Of a stretch of DNA of 64,000 bases, positions 37,075 through 50,800 are shown one piece after another (position 1 is the stretch's first letter; the number at the start of each line of letters is the position of its first letter). Source of the DNA: Phallusia mammillata. Its lineage: Eukaryota. The stretch is from the NCBI GenBank assembly GCA_965637545.1, contig OZ281497.1, forward strand, positions 21,886,001-21,950,000, in the 5' to 3' direction. The notes beneath the pieces are model-generated. The model was not told the origin of the DNA, ran no database searches, and saw only the letters and a list, made by a program, of their open reading frames with translations. A program made the position numbers and the translations under genes.

Positions 37075-40000
37075 TTCCACTATCCACAAGATGTCCCTCA
37101 AAATAGCCTTAGTTGCTAATCAAGTGCAGCCTTTAATTACACCCGATACTAGAAGCTGTAACCAACACAAAAATTGGATTAGAAAGTTGTCTGCATATTT
37201 AGGCAATGGTTGCCTCGATGCAATCGTAGACAACTGGGCGAGAAAGTCAAAGCCCGTGGCGATTTTATTCCGCAGCGCAGGGTAACATCAACATCAGAAA
37301 AACGCAAATTTTGCTTGAAGGCCTATAGTGGTCATTGGGCGGAAAAACTGGCTGGGCAAGCTTCAATCGCGTGATTCAATCGATACCATGTGATATTTTT
37401 AAGAAACCGCCTACGTTTTTGACTAACCTGTAATTGTTTACTGTTCACAAAAGGGCGCGGATTTTTCCCCGCCTAATTAAATTGCCTTTGTTTTGTCTTT
37501 CTGTTAAAAAAGAGAAATACAACTACGCGCTGCGTAACAGTTGTTGCAGTATTTTTTTTTCATATTTGAATTTTGCGGTTAATGATGTGTTTCCATTTAT
37601 GTGTGTATGTGTTGGACAATAAAAATACGTATAACGAAAACTACGAGGAGTTGCGTAACAGTTGTTAGAATAATTTTTCGTTCAAATTCAAATTTGCGGT
37701 TAATGAGCTGATGAAAAGACAAGCACGTGCGGTGAATGCACGCTTGCATCACGCAGCAATCACGCTGTCGGCACGTGATCGGCGAACACGCGGTTACTTA
37801 TATGGGTAACGCGTTTGCAAAACTTGACCTTGTTTTACCCAAAACAAACAACCGAGGATTAAAACGCGCGAAAAAAGGATTAAAACGCGTGAACTGGAAT
37901 TCTAAAAAAATCGACCGAAAGACACAAATTGCTATCGCCGCTTTTTTGTACCCTTACGAAGTCGAATCAACGCATTTGCGAGGAACGCCTCTCTAATTTA
38001 AAACACCTGTCCTTTGCTGGCAAACGCCCAAAAGCTGTATCACAACAGCAAAGCTATAGGTCGCGATGCATTGAGTTGTTTATTACGTAATATCGCAACA
38101 GCTATTTCTTATTCCTCAGCCGCATACTTTGCAGACGGCAACTCGGTTCATAATAATTCCAATGCAGAAGCCGCACACTTGCCGTTCAAGAAGACTAATC
38201 TGATGCCTGATAATGTCAAGCCGCGACTTTCTAGAGTCTGTTTCACCATCTCCTTCACAAACCGGTTTTTAAACCCAAAGCCTTTTTTTTCTTTTTTTAC
38301 GTCCGCCCGCGAACTTGTTCATTGAACGCTCCCCAATTTTGCGATGACCACGGGTCACGATTTGGCCTAATTAGCTACAATGAATCGGCTAAAGCTAAAA
38401 GATGACGCACTCCCGAAGAGCCCAAGCTACGTCGGAGGTGCTGACGTCACAAGCGGGATATATTCGCCAGTTTTTACCCGAATTAGCAGTAATAGAAAAT
38501 CGCCAAAAGCCGAATATCTCTTAATTACTCACTGTATTTAGGATTATACCGTAGACTGAAATGCTTTATCATTAGAAAACACCAAGCGTTATTAATACAC
38601 GAGTTACGCACTAGGAATCGCGCCCACGATGTCGCAAAAACAATGATTCAGAATCCGCTTCTTAACCGCGCCTGTCGTAAAAAATCCGCCCCGATTCAGG
38701 TAAGGATATTATTTTTCTGCAGCGCCCAATTACCTCCCACAACGACATGATTGCGGTCCATGCGGTGCAAACCAAAAAACTATCAACGCAACTTGCCAAT
38801 TACCGCGATTTTATGACCCAGCCACTTCCTGCTTGATATAAACAATGTTACTTTTTTTTTAATGTATGTATGAAGTTTACATATTGACGGATTTTATTCC
38901 GCTAAATTGCATGTTGCAGATTAAATGGTTAAATGAATTTCTTTTCATGATTTCACATTTTCGTGTTTAGAGATATTCTGCCAACCATTTCATCCTTGCT
39001 ATATAGAATGTTGTGTTATTTTAAATTTTGTTTTTACACCAGTAACTTGCATATTGCAGACAGAATGATTAAACGATTCTTTAAGCTACTGAGGGGAATG
39101 GCTTCATATTGTATGCGATTCGAAATACTTATTTGCCTTTGCTTTGAATACACATAACAACAGCTCAAGGGTTTTAATTCAACCGGCTACTTTTCGACCT
39201 TCTTTTTACCATAGAACTATATATAGCCGATGTTTGCATTCAATATTTATGACTGTTTATATTTTCGCAAACAAATCTGCGATAATTGTTGTGTTTACGT
39301 TCAAGGATCAGAACAACAGGTTGTCTGGACTAGCATTGAAAATTTCAATATTATCGCTTTGGTTGATGTCGTTGCGAAAAAACACTATCTGCACTTCTAT
39401 GCAACAGAGATAAACAACTTGGTCTGGTATGTAGATTCCGTCAAAACAGACGAAATGTTTCGTACATTTTCGGGGTGACTATGAAATCAAATGGAAGATA
39501 TGTTTTTTTAACCTTTCGTTGCACATTTAGCATTTGCGCAGAAGCAAGATCGGTAGTTTTCAGAGGCATTTGTAAAGCGTGAGTCACTCCATCATGTCTA
39601 CATGCAAAGTAGCGCCCGTCAACCGCAAGTCTGTACCCAAATATCTACTTCTGCAAGACGAAACCTTTCGCCAGGCGCCGTGACCTTTCGCGACTTCGCT
39701 GCCACAAAAGTCACGTCCATCACGCGAGTGATAGGAAATGTTCGCGCAGAAAATTACAGGGCGCTCGCACGACGGAAAACATTTCGAGCAAACACAACAC
39801 GCTCGTGGCAGCCGCGTTTGATAATCGCGACCCTAATTACACAAATTTGGCGTTGACAAATGACCGTTTACCTGGTCATCACACACGCCCATCATCGCAT
39901 TGAAATCGGCCCTTTTAGCATGATGATGGACATTTGGTAATTCGTCCAACATTGACGTGCTTTAGGTCAGCGAGAGGCACGCTTTTCTTGTGTAAGAGGA

Positions 40001-40939
40001 AGCGAGTTAACGCGATGTTTACTCGGACTTCGCGTCAACTCGGTTGCGGTCGCGCCGTTTTAACTAATTACCCAACGACCGTAGTTAACGCTGGTTAACG
40101 CTCGCCAAGTGGCCCAATTACAAGGGACTTGAAAGGCGCGACTTTCCCATTAGCACGGCCAATGAGGATGCTACCTAAATCCCCTTTGATTATCCAACCC
40201 TTGTAATCGCCTCTAATCATCATTGGATATTCCAGTAAAAATTGTGAAATGGCACCAACCCAAATGCGTTTGGAAATTGGGCATTTCTCCGCTGTTTAGT
40301 ACACACAAATACGTAAGCCGCAACAGCTAAAAACCGGTTGTTATTGACGTCAGTTTACGGCGATTGCTGGGTGCGAATCCAACCTATCAGTGGCAATTAA
40401 CCAGCCTGTCTATATTCGCGTGTCAGTGTAATGTACCTTGTCTTAAATCGTGATGGGTTATGGGATTAAGGGTTTGGCAAGAATCAATATTTTCCAATAA
40501 AATGCGTCTGCAGTGTCGTCCTATTCACTGCCCACTTGAAGGCAAGGTGCAAATTTAGTCCAGGCGACGTTGATAGTGAGACAGTGCGTCTCCGCTAACT
40601 CACGGTGGACGAATGGAAAACTTGCTTAATTACGACATGCTTCGAATTAGAAGACCGGCCCAGGTCACAATGCAGGCCTTCCCACATGACCTATAAACCA
40701 TGCGCATGGGAAGATTATACAATGATTGCGACCTTGTGGGGTATTTTACAATGTCGATTGACCACCCACGTTTCCGTGTATTTCTGTACAATTATGTAAC
40801 TTTGTGACCCTTATATCTGCCCTATAACTGCGCGAAACATTATTTTTCATTTTTGAAACTCCCTGCTGCTGTTAGGTCGTGTATTCTTCAGAACATTGTT
40901 TGAAATCAATAAATTTTGTGGTGGAGATTACAAAGAGTA

Positions 40940-41125
40940 ATACAGACTGCATTTTTACCGGTTCGGTTCCGATTCAGGTTCATAGCCAAACAAAATATAG
41001 GGTTCAACTCTGGTTCGGGTTTTGAGGAAATTGTAATTTACGGTTCTGGTTCGGTTCAGGTTTAATAAATTAAATGGCTCAAACTGGTTCGCGGTTTCAG
41101 GTTCAGATTTCGGTTCAACTTCCTG
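40940..41125 (-). mobile_element. Partial copy of the 29654 MITE terminus
   Basis: GGTTC-repeat block that is the reverse complement of ~29654-29820. Confidence 0.7.
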
Positions 41126-41733
41126 CTTTTATGCATCATTCATGGCATCTTAATGTATTGCTAATTAATTTAATTTGTGTGAAACAAACAGGTAATGTCG
41201 GTTTTAAATAATTTGTGCTAATTGAAGATAAGTACTTGAATTGCGTCCAATAATTTTAAATAGCATTAAAACGTAGCCTGCATTTATTTATTAGAAAGCG
41301 TCGAATTCCAGCTCTGTTAAGATTTACTAAAATTGATGATAATTCAACGGCAAAACTGGATCTTCAAGTTGGTTGATTGTGCAATGTTCGCTGTGATGGG
41401 TTTTGAAATTCGCAGTAACAGGCCGCAAAATTTTAAAAACGTGCACATTGAGCAACCTGTCTTGCACAGACTGCAATCTTGGTACAAAAACGTGTGTTGC
41501 ACTTCGCACTGCACGACACCGCTGCGGATTATACAAGTGGAAGTTAAGTGGAAAACTTCTGACAAAATCAATTGGTATGCGGCAATACACACAATTGCAC
41601 AAAGCATTTCGCTTCTGTACAATTACGCTACAAGTTCATTTTGTCTCGTAAACCTCTTTTGAATAAAATGTTAACAGATTTATCCTGCTGAAGTTGGCTA
41701 CACTAGCCTATACGCCCCACGTCTTGTCACTAG

Positions 41734-41785
41734 CTGCACTGACGAGACGTTATACAGGTCGAAGCAGTGTGCACTGTCTGCATCT
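41734..41785 (+). ncRNA. Type I hammerhead ribozyme, diverged copy A
   Basis: tgca CTGACGA gac[gttatacag]gtc GAAG cagt[gtgc]actg TC tgca. The core has GAAG instead of GAAA and stem II is weakened. Confidence 0.7.
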
Positions 41786-44692
41786 TACTTATCTCACATA
41801 ATTGTTGCAAAAAATATCTGGCACAGTGAATTCCCCTCAAGAATATGGTGACTTAGTTAACCTTTTTGTTGCCAGCAAAAGTACGTGGCATTGTTATAAC
41901 AAAATGACCCCATAAACAGATTTCATCCCTCAATGAGTTTTAAAACTGTTGCTTTCAGATGTTGTGCACTAATTAAATAAAAAAAAATATGGAAAAACGG
42001 GTTAACATTAAAAAACAACCTATCTTAAGTAAAAAGTCAGGTCAAATGCCCTTCTAAAGTGTGGGTTGGTGTATTTTAAGCTTACAGCGTTGAACTTTAA
42101 AGATTTACGTTACGTAACATTTGTTTATGTCAGCGCGCCAACCTGGCATGGTAGGTTTTGGGCTGACCCACAATTATTTGCTTGCTGCGCGTAGCTACTA
42201 GAATAAAAATCACCGCTTAACAAACCGCAGATCACGAAAGAGCATTTCGTCCAGCTGATTAACGCAATAAAAGACTATTCGTAATTAACGGGTATTAATT
42301 AGACACAAAATCAAATAAGCAACAATGAAAAACGTTCTGGTGGTTACAGATCTTAGTGAAACCATTGACATCTGATTGGGGCGCCTTAATGTTGCACCCG
42401 CAGCTTATATCTATATTTGATCTTCAAGTTTAAACCAAGTATATCGAATCCTCACAATCATCTTATGCATGACCTTTGTGTAGTGGCGAGTATGAGGAAA
42501 GTTATCTTGAGTAAACCATGAAGAAATGTGCGAACGGGACGTTTATATGATGAAAAAGACCACTAAATGTTTTCGATGCAATTTAAATTAGGCCCACTTG
42601 CAAAAAAAAAACACATACAGAAAACATTTGAAGAAGGAAAAATGGAGATGCTATTGATTATTTTACATAAGCTCTTGAAAACATTGTTTTCCTTGTAAAC
42701 ACTTGCCTTGTAAACACTGTTTATATGGAAAACAGGGGGCTATTTTAGGCAACCAAGCAAATTATTAGTAAAAATCTGGGCGTGGCCCGGTATAAAGGAT
42801 TACGTAACCAATAGCAACGACTTATGAACTCAAAAATAACAGCAGATTACCTAACTTTCAAAACTGAAGCACCTTTAGCAAATGATGTACGTTTTGCCCG
42901 ACCGACATTCGACCCTTGTAAATGTCAACATGGAAATAGGATAACTTGCCTAATTATTTAATCTCGTAACTTTGTGGTCACCCTGCGTCAATTCTTGCTA
43001 TTCCAACTAATTACAATAATCACTGTAGGCAATCTCCTCGTTAGTACACAAAAGACCAAAATTCGACATCCGCTTGTGTAAAAGTCGGCCGCCAAAATGA
43101 CCTCATGTTTACCAGCTAATTGCTACCTGATATGAAATCAATGTAACTTACGACGTTACAACTAAACGATCTTTAACGCGTCTTTCCCATTCTGCACGAC
43201 TTGGCGGCCGAACACCGGTTGCAAAACCAACGGATGCCTGGTAGGGTTATATAAGACTACCTTATGTGGGAAATTAATTTCTCTCATAGGCATTTGAGCT
43301 TTCATACACAACTGTGCAAGGCACCCCTTAACCTCTGTATATCATTACTAAGCCATATTTCGTGAGCTTGTTGTTGCTTGTCACTATTAAACTGTCACGA
43401 AGTGGATGTTCAAACGCTAATACAGAGCCGCGCATAATATTTAAGGCTAATTTCAAACCCTAAATATCTTTTCTAAACAACACCGTTTCAATTTCCTATT
43501 GACTGTTCCTATAGACCTCTGATTGTGAACTCAATGAACTAGACTTTCTACTTTGTACTGTTCTGTTTCACTGCAAAAGATACAACACTCTGACATGCAA
43601 AATCCAAGCATTAGATCGTTTCAAATGCAATTATTCGCGTCGTCATAAACTGGGTTGTAATCCTATTCACAAAGTGCGTTACTAATTTCCACGCTCTTTC
43701 GTCTGTTTGCAAAACACCGACCGACGGCGACATAAGAGCACTATTGAAGAGCAATGACGAGCAGAGACAGGTTATAATCCCAGCAATGGCACGTTGCTAT
43801 TGTTCCGCTGCGATTTTAGAACTTTGTCTCCGGGGGGAAAATTCTGTGAGCTTTACAAAATCGCCTTCCGCACTGGAAGATTGGTTGAACGCCCTTCGCC
43901 AGATAAAAGCTTTTCCCACGATCCCGGCCGACGAGCAAAGGGCCTGTAAAGCCCGCCCGACGCATTTTGACCTCTCTCTCTGTCCCTGCCCTTGTCCCCC
44001 CAAATCATAAGTGACTGCGTAAAACAATAGTATGGCGCTTTACGTGGGTTTTAGGTAAACAATAATAAACATGGGGTATATGGAGATGATTGATAATAAT
44101 CAACGAATAGGATAAGGATAACCGCGCTACTACGTTTTGCTGAGATTATTAATATGGTTTAAATTAATTTAAGACCGACTGATGCAATAAACTAGTAAGC
44201 GAAAATGTTCGGAATTTGAGTTTTTAGGAATTTTTTGTCTTAGTTAGGAGTGCTACATTAGCATTGCACAAACAAAAAACAACAACACTTTTTTAAACTG
44301 TGATAAGGCGTTTTAATGATTTCATTTATCGTTATTCTTATATTTACTACAGCTGTCGTGACGATTGCAGCTCATTGCACGTGACCGCACCAATTGTTCG
44401 GCGAAGTAGAGTGTTCCAGGTATTGTTTGTATCTGTTATTGTCTCGCCGATTTATGACAAGATAGCATTATTGTCTCACAGGAAATTTGTTCAAAAGCAA
44501 GTTGGTTTAAATTTAAATGAACGCATTTTTTAAAAATACAATCATGATGCGTAGTTACTCAACAACGCCAAACATTTAAAAGCACCAACTTTCGGTGCAA
44601 TACAACACTAATTTTGTTTTTCAGTTCATTTTAAACTAGAGGCGTGAGACCACTTTACTAGAGTTTCAGTTTCGGATAGATAAAGCCTAGGG

Positions 44693-45085
44693 CAGGGATG
44701 GCGAAACCTTTATAATATATGAGATCATAATTCGGAAAGAAAACGAAGTGGGTCACATATTTAATTACATGTCAATGTCAATGAGAAGCTTGTTGCTGCA
44801 TCTTCTCTGCAAGTCTTGCGATCCTAGCAATAGTTTTCAGCTTAATACACGGAGCGGTTATATGTGAGCTGAGACGATTCCTGGCACTTGATTTTGCCAA
44901 ATTCATGTGTATAAACAAGGATTCGCATGAATATGTTGAACTGAACAGCGTCAACAAAGTTCAAGTTGTACGTTTAAATAAACATATCTGTTGCCTCACA
45001 ATTGACTCTTTTGCTTTTTAATCTTGGAAGTCTGGTAACCCTACCGTCACTTCGTGACCCGCGGGTCAGTGGTTCGCCATCCCTG
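44693..45085. mobile_element. hAT MITE
   Basis: TIR CAGGGATGGCGAA / TTCGCCATCCCTG; perfect TSD gcctaggg. Confidence 0.9.
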
Positions 45086-47840
45086 GCCTAGGGGATGGGT
45101 TGAAATCTCTACCAGGTTAGATATTTTCCAACCAAGGCACCTTGCATAAAATTATAGAGGTGTTTAAATTTTGTTAAACTTGCGTAAAAAACCTTGGTTG
45201 TACAAAATGTGTTTGCATGAAAAGTAATTGCTCCTGCGAAAAAAAGTAGTCACCACATTGCAGCACCTGTTGTTTAAGTGTAGTCGATACCACAAAATTT
45301 ATAGGCATACAGTAGAAAATGTCTTCTTTCCGCTTTATCTTTCCATCACATTCTCGCACATCGCTGAACAAGTTCATCGTGCAAATTTGGAATGTACAAA
45401 AACGAGCCTTCATAACCTTCAAGACGAACATATCAGCAATCTACTGATGAAATATTGCGCCAGAAGCGAGGTTACGCAACCGAGGTGCAGCTCGACCTCA
45501 TCGGTGATCGGATTTTTCTAGAACATCAAACCAGTTGTTTATCATTTGGCATCAGTTCAGCTCATTTGCATTGAACCGACCAAGACCGGCCTTGCAGCTT
45601 CGCCGCGGATAAAGGTCAGACCCGTTCAAAGTCGCTGCATCACACAAGTATGTGGTGAGCAGTTACGGCATTTAGTGGCTAGGAAATTAAATTTAAGCCG
45701 TCCAAACAGGTTTTACAGTGTTCGCTACAATGCATGAAATTTAATTGCGTATGGGCTGTGGAATGTTTTTCGGGTTTAGGTAAGAATCTTTAAAAATAAA
45801 ATTTGGTACAACACTTTCAATGACGCGATTTACACAGTTTATCATATTCCAAAAAAGCAAAACGTTTGGGTGATTAAAAGTCACGCAAGTTCAAATTGAT
45901 CGATAAGATAAAATGTATTTATGAACTAAAAAATATATTTTGCACTGACAGCTTAAAGACGTTATTAAAACAATTCGCTCAAAATTTCGCCTAATTTTGG
46001 TTTACGTCTATATTCGAAAACACCTAACATGGAAATGTCATTTCGAATGAGAGCAGCGCTTCGTCTAAGGCAATTGCCAGTGTGCCGACTGTGACGTGAG
46101 AAAATGCGTAGTCGGCGTGAATCGGTGTATATTGAGTCATGTAATCGTTCCGCCGAAGGGTGTATGTCATCCGATTTCGATTACGAGTGCGTTACGTTCA
46201 ATAGAACACGAAAAAAAATCGCGCGGGCGTCGACCACAGAAAACAACAGCTCAAAAGCGACTTCTAAATCCGATCAAAAATTCTTCGGAACAACAATCAG
46301 TTGTGATGCGTTAAATATCACAACATTCATGTGATATTTAGTTTTGCGGCATGACTGATGGATTTTTTTATTCGGTAAAGTTTGTTTTGTAGATATTTTA
46401 ATCCAACATTCCGATGACGTTTTAGTGTCGTATAATACTGGCGATTCTGTAAACTGTCCTACAGGCCTGTTCTTCGTCCATGTTTCTTGACAGCCCTAGC
46501 ATAATACAAAAACCTTGCAAAAATGTTTACTCGAAAAGTTCTATATTCCAAACAATATAAGCAGATCAAATACATATTGTGGTGTTACTCAACAAAAAAT
46601 GAATGTTTTTTTCACAAGAATATTATTTTGTGATTTAAATTTCTAATTCGGTATCACTTTGGCGTCTGGTGCTGCTTTGGCTTGCTGCAAACACACCCTT
46701 ATCTTTACATTGATCCTTCAACGCAAAACCTGCGCGCCTCGCGCTCGTTCGGGGGTCGACCTTTGGGACGACGAGGAACCAGTAACAAATTTCCGCAAAG
46801 CGATTAATCACTGCGCCTTTATGAGACACGCGGCTGTGTTCGATGCATAAAACTACCAGTGACGATACTCCCATGTCCCTCCTTGGAAGGGGCGTCTACC
46901 CACAGAGATTTTGCAATTAACCTTTGCACTGTAGAGCGTCTTTTGTTTGTCTTAGTCGTTAAAAGATAAAACATCGTCTCGTTTGGAAGCAGCAATAAAA
47001 AAATGATGATACGACTTGATCGGCGCATGATGCGGTTTTATTAACTTGCTGACGAAGCCGGAAGCTGCAATTAGGATAAGACTTGGCGCCATTGAGCAAG
47101 CATTTTTGAGCAAGCGTGAACCCCGACTAGGAGTTGTATTCTCAGGTTTTATCGTTTAATTTTTATTTATGACCACAATGACTATGTTTTATTACAGGTT
47201 ACATTCACTGTGTTTTTTTTACAATGAAATGTCACATCAAGTTAGCATTTCTTGTTTGGTGTTATGTGAACCCAGGTTAACACCGCCTAAAAGTTTTTTT
47301 GCGAAATTCTTGTACTGTTATACCTAGGCAATATGTTTTTGCGTTTTTCGCGGTTTTAAACAAACATAAAAAAAACTTCTGTCTATTTTTTCATTAACTG
47401 CTAGAGGGCAAATATGTCTATGCCGCAAACACCTAAAGATTGACAAAAAGATTAGTAACTGCCCCTAAACTACACAATCATTGTCTGTAGAATCAGCAGT
47501 GTAGTCCGAATTTTGTGTTTACATGGGAGGTTTCGTGCCAAGTTAGACGCTCTCATGTTAGATTGACCTTCTTCCACTCAATAACATTACAAACAATGCA
47601 AGTGTTTTGAAAAGTTTAATTTTCACGGCAGCTTATCATATTGTGGCGCCGGAACAATAAATCGCATTGGGCATAGGAACTGCAAGCGAAAATTAAATAT
47701 GCACAATTTCAACATAATTTGAATTTTATAACGATTTGATTTTGTACAATAAAATGGCAGTGGCAAAGCAATGCAAAAGGGAAAATAAATGTCAACATTT
47801 GTCAGAACATCGATATCGAACATATGGGTCTTTCTTTTCC

Positions 47841-50800
47841 TTAGTTTTCGACAATTCTTTTCAAGGCCTTTTCGACCTCACGGCGTACTAATGCCTCACC
47901 TGTGAAAATAATGTTCGACATGAATATCCAAGTATTATAGTGGGCTACAAAAATGTTTCTAAGCGTTGCAACAAATACATTAGCTTTTTACAAGCCAATG
48001 TGACCCGTATTTCCAAATTTAGTTCGTTTATTCAAAAATTTAGTTTCGTTTACTTTAAATACATTAGTTGGCGAAGTAAAAAAAACATGCTTAAGATTTA
48101 ATGCACAAAATATGTATCCCTATTCAGTTTTTTTATGTGTTTTGTACATGTGTATTATGTTTCAAGGTCGCTTTTAGTCTACACAAAAACAATCATCTTA
48201 TTCACGTATCGCGTGGCGGCGCTGTTGAGGCTCTTTCGGAGGCGGCTTAATCGGTTCCAGCTCTTGAACAGACAAGCACTTCATAGTTTCCATGTAGACG
48301 TTTGAAACCCTGGTTCCTGGGACCTCCTCGCCGGTACATGTGTCCACGCACCAGCAATCTACCCAGTAACACTGCTGGGCGGTGTACAAGCCATCTTCGT
48401 TGCAGCTAGGCTTAAACGGACCGTCCTGAACCTGCCCTTCAAGTTGTTCTGCATCATGGCGCTGTTGCTCGCATTGTGTGAGCTCGACCAGCTCTTGCTC
48501 CTCTTCACTCTTTGCTCCGCTTTCCTCTGCGTGTCACGTGAGGGGGTATTGACCAATAACACGCAAGGCGGGAATGCCAGTGTGCCTGTGTGAGCGCATG
48601 CGATTGCTCTTTTGTATTTTTTTCGTGCATGTTGTTGTGCTGAACTGCGATTGTTTGCTTTGGCGTCAACTAACACTACAAATTGCTGAGCATTCGGGCA
48701 AGCAAGTTTGCCATGAGGTAAAGTTACTCTTTTGTGAGCGCATGCGTTTGCTGTGTTGTGATTTTGCGTACGTGATTTTTTTCGTGCATGTTGTGCTAAT
48801 ATGCGGCTGTTTGCTTTGTCGTCTAGTAACACTACAAATTGCTAGGCATTCAGGCAAACAAGTTTGCCAGGAGGATAGGTTACTCTTTTGTGAGCGTTTG
48901 TGTCAAGATAAGTTTCAACTCGGTTAAAATGTGCAACCACTACTTCGAGCTTGGAAAGCAATTTTTTAAATCGGGCCCGATTGTAACCATTTTGGGAACC
49001 TTAATTATTGGTTTGAGAACCACATCCAATATCGCCTAAATTGGAATACAAATTAACTTTGGTGCAGTGTCTACCAATCTTACCTGCACATTCGCACATG
49101 TCGCAGCCATTTTGGTCTTTAGCTAATCCCATTGTACAACCCATCATCTCCGCATTGCATGAGTGATATGGACAAGGAATTAGCTCTGGTCCTAAAACAA
49201 CAAAGCAAAAATAACCGTGCAACTATCAACCGGTGATGGCAGCGTTACAGATTTGTGGTTAATTTTGTGATTACTTCTTTGGCAACTTGTAAGGAACTAA
49301 AATGAAGTATTGATTACACCTAAACCTAGGTAAATTTTTGGGCCCTATTTAGCAATATATGCAATGTGTTTAATTGTTTACAACTAAACTTTGCCCTTTT
49401 TATCTCATATTTCTTGTGTTGTATCTGGTGCAGGGGCGGGGAACCTACTTTGTACTGCGGGCCGCATAAATTGCACAACATTTTCCGGCGGGCCAAATAT
49501 TTATTTATTTTCAAATTCTGTGTAAAAATACCCAAAGCACACAAGTGGTTTTATATTTTATCGCTCCATATTTAATTTTTTCTTTGCTGCTACATGTTTG
49601 CAACAAACAAGGCATAAAGGTTTATCACTGATTTCAACACATGGCAAATGATTTGTTACTGCAGGGAGAGGCAATCTAGTGACTGTTACGTCACAATTGT
49701 ATAGCAAGCGGTTGAATGCGTGGCATTTTTTGTAGGTTTTACGTCATAATGTGGAATGGGGAGTTATTGAACATAAATTACCAATAATGTCGAGGTCATT
49801 TCTAGGAAATATTTGTAAATAAACATAAAACTGTTTTTTATGCTTTGTGTTATACTTAAACAAAAATCTGACAGGGGCCACATTAAAAAGGCAAGCGGGC
49901 CGCAGGTTCCCCACCACTGATCTAGTGCATTAAGGACAAAGGTAGCTGGTCAAACAATTAAAGTTTAAACCAATCATATTTTTCATTGACTATAGTTCAC
50001 GCCCACTTTAACGCGAATTTTTAACCAGTAGAGTTGTTGTCCAAGGATGCGTAGTAAACAGGTGACCTAATTAATCCTTTGCTGGAGGCGTGAGAAAGCG
50101 GTAGCAAGATAGTTTTTGTTTGCCCAAAAAGTTGACTACGTGGCATAATTGACTTGGCGAATAAATATCTCAGGCTTTTTAACCCGATATTTACTGACTA
50201 CGCAAACATCGGTATCTTATCGTCCTACTGGCGAGTAATTAACCAGGCTGGATCAGGTATACGAGCTCGTTAACCAAGGCATGGAATTCCAAAATTGCGT
50301 GAGATTTTTCGCCACTTTTATCTAACCTGGGAACACTCGCACACAAATCCACTAATATTTTACTTGTGGAACACCGCTGCAAGTATCTGCACGTTGCGAC
50401 AGACAAAATATTAAATCTGATCATTAGTTTAAGTTCTGCTTAGTGAAAATATGATCTTTATCTAAACGCGATACGTTGTTTTTTCGAATTTTTTGTAGAG
50501 CATGATCGCATACCTTCTGCACATTCGCAGAGATCGCAACCGTTCTCGTTTTGAGCTAGTCCGTTGCTACATCCCATGTTTTCAGCAGTGCAAGCGTGGT
50601 ATGGGCAAGGTATAAGAACTTCATTTCCCCCTGTAACACGAAAAGAAAGATTTCTAAAACCCCAAAACGCCAGCAATGACAAAAAATGCTTCAAGCTGAA
50701 TTAACAGCGTAAAAACGCAAAAAATTTTTGGTTACAGAAGCAAAAAACTAAACGTTAGAAAACTTGCACACGGAAACGGACGGCCCGACTTACCGACAGC

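Noticed and set aside
36243-37282. CNGCAGC heptamers as IRE1 sites, and a 16-bp inverted match between 36243-36258 and 37267-37282
   Set aside because: The heptamers lack proper stems and are 114 nt apart (no frameshift); the inverted match is near chance level.
43744-44010. 88-aa ORF with a PH-domain-like ending (SPSALEDWLNALRQ)
   Set aside because: Starts at TTG, no upstream beta-strand exons or usable splice partners; resemblance limited to a few residues.
45340-47050. Several 60-100-aa ORFs in the intergenic block
   Set aside because: Overlapping frames on both strands, no recognisable motifs or consistent exon chain.
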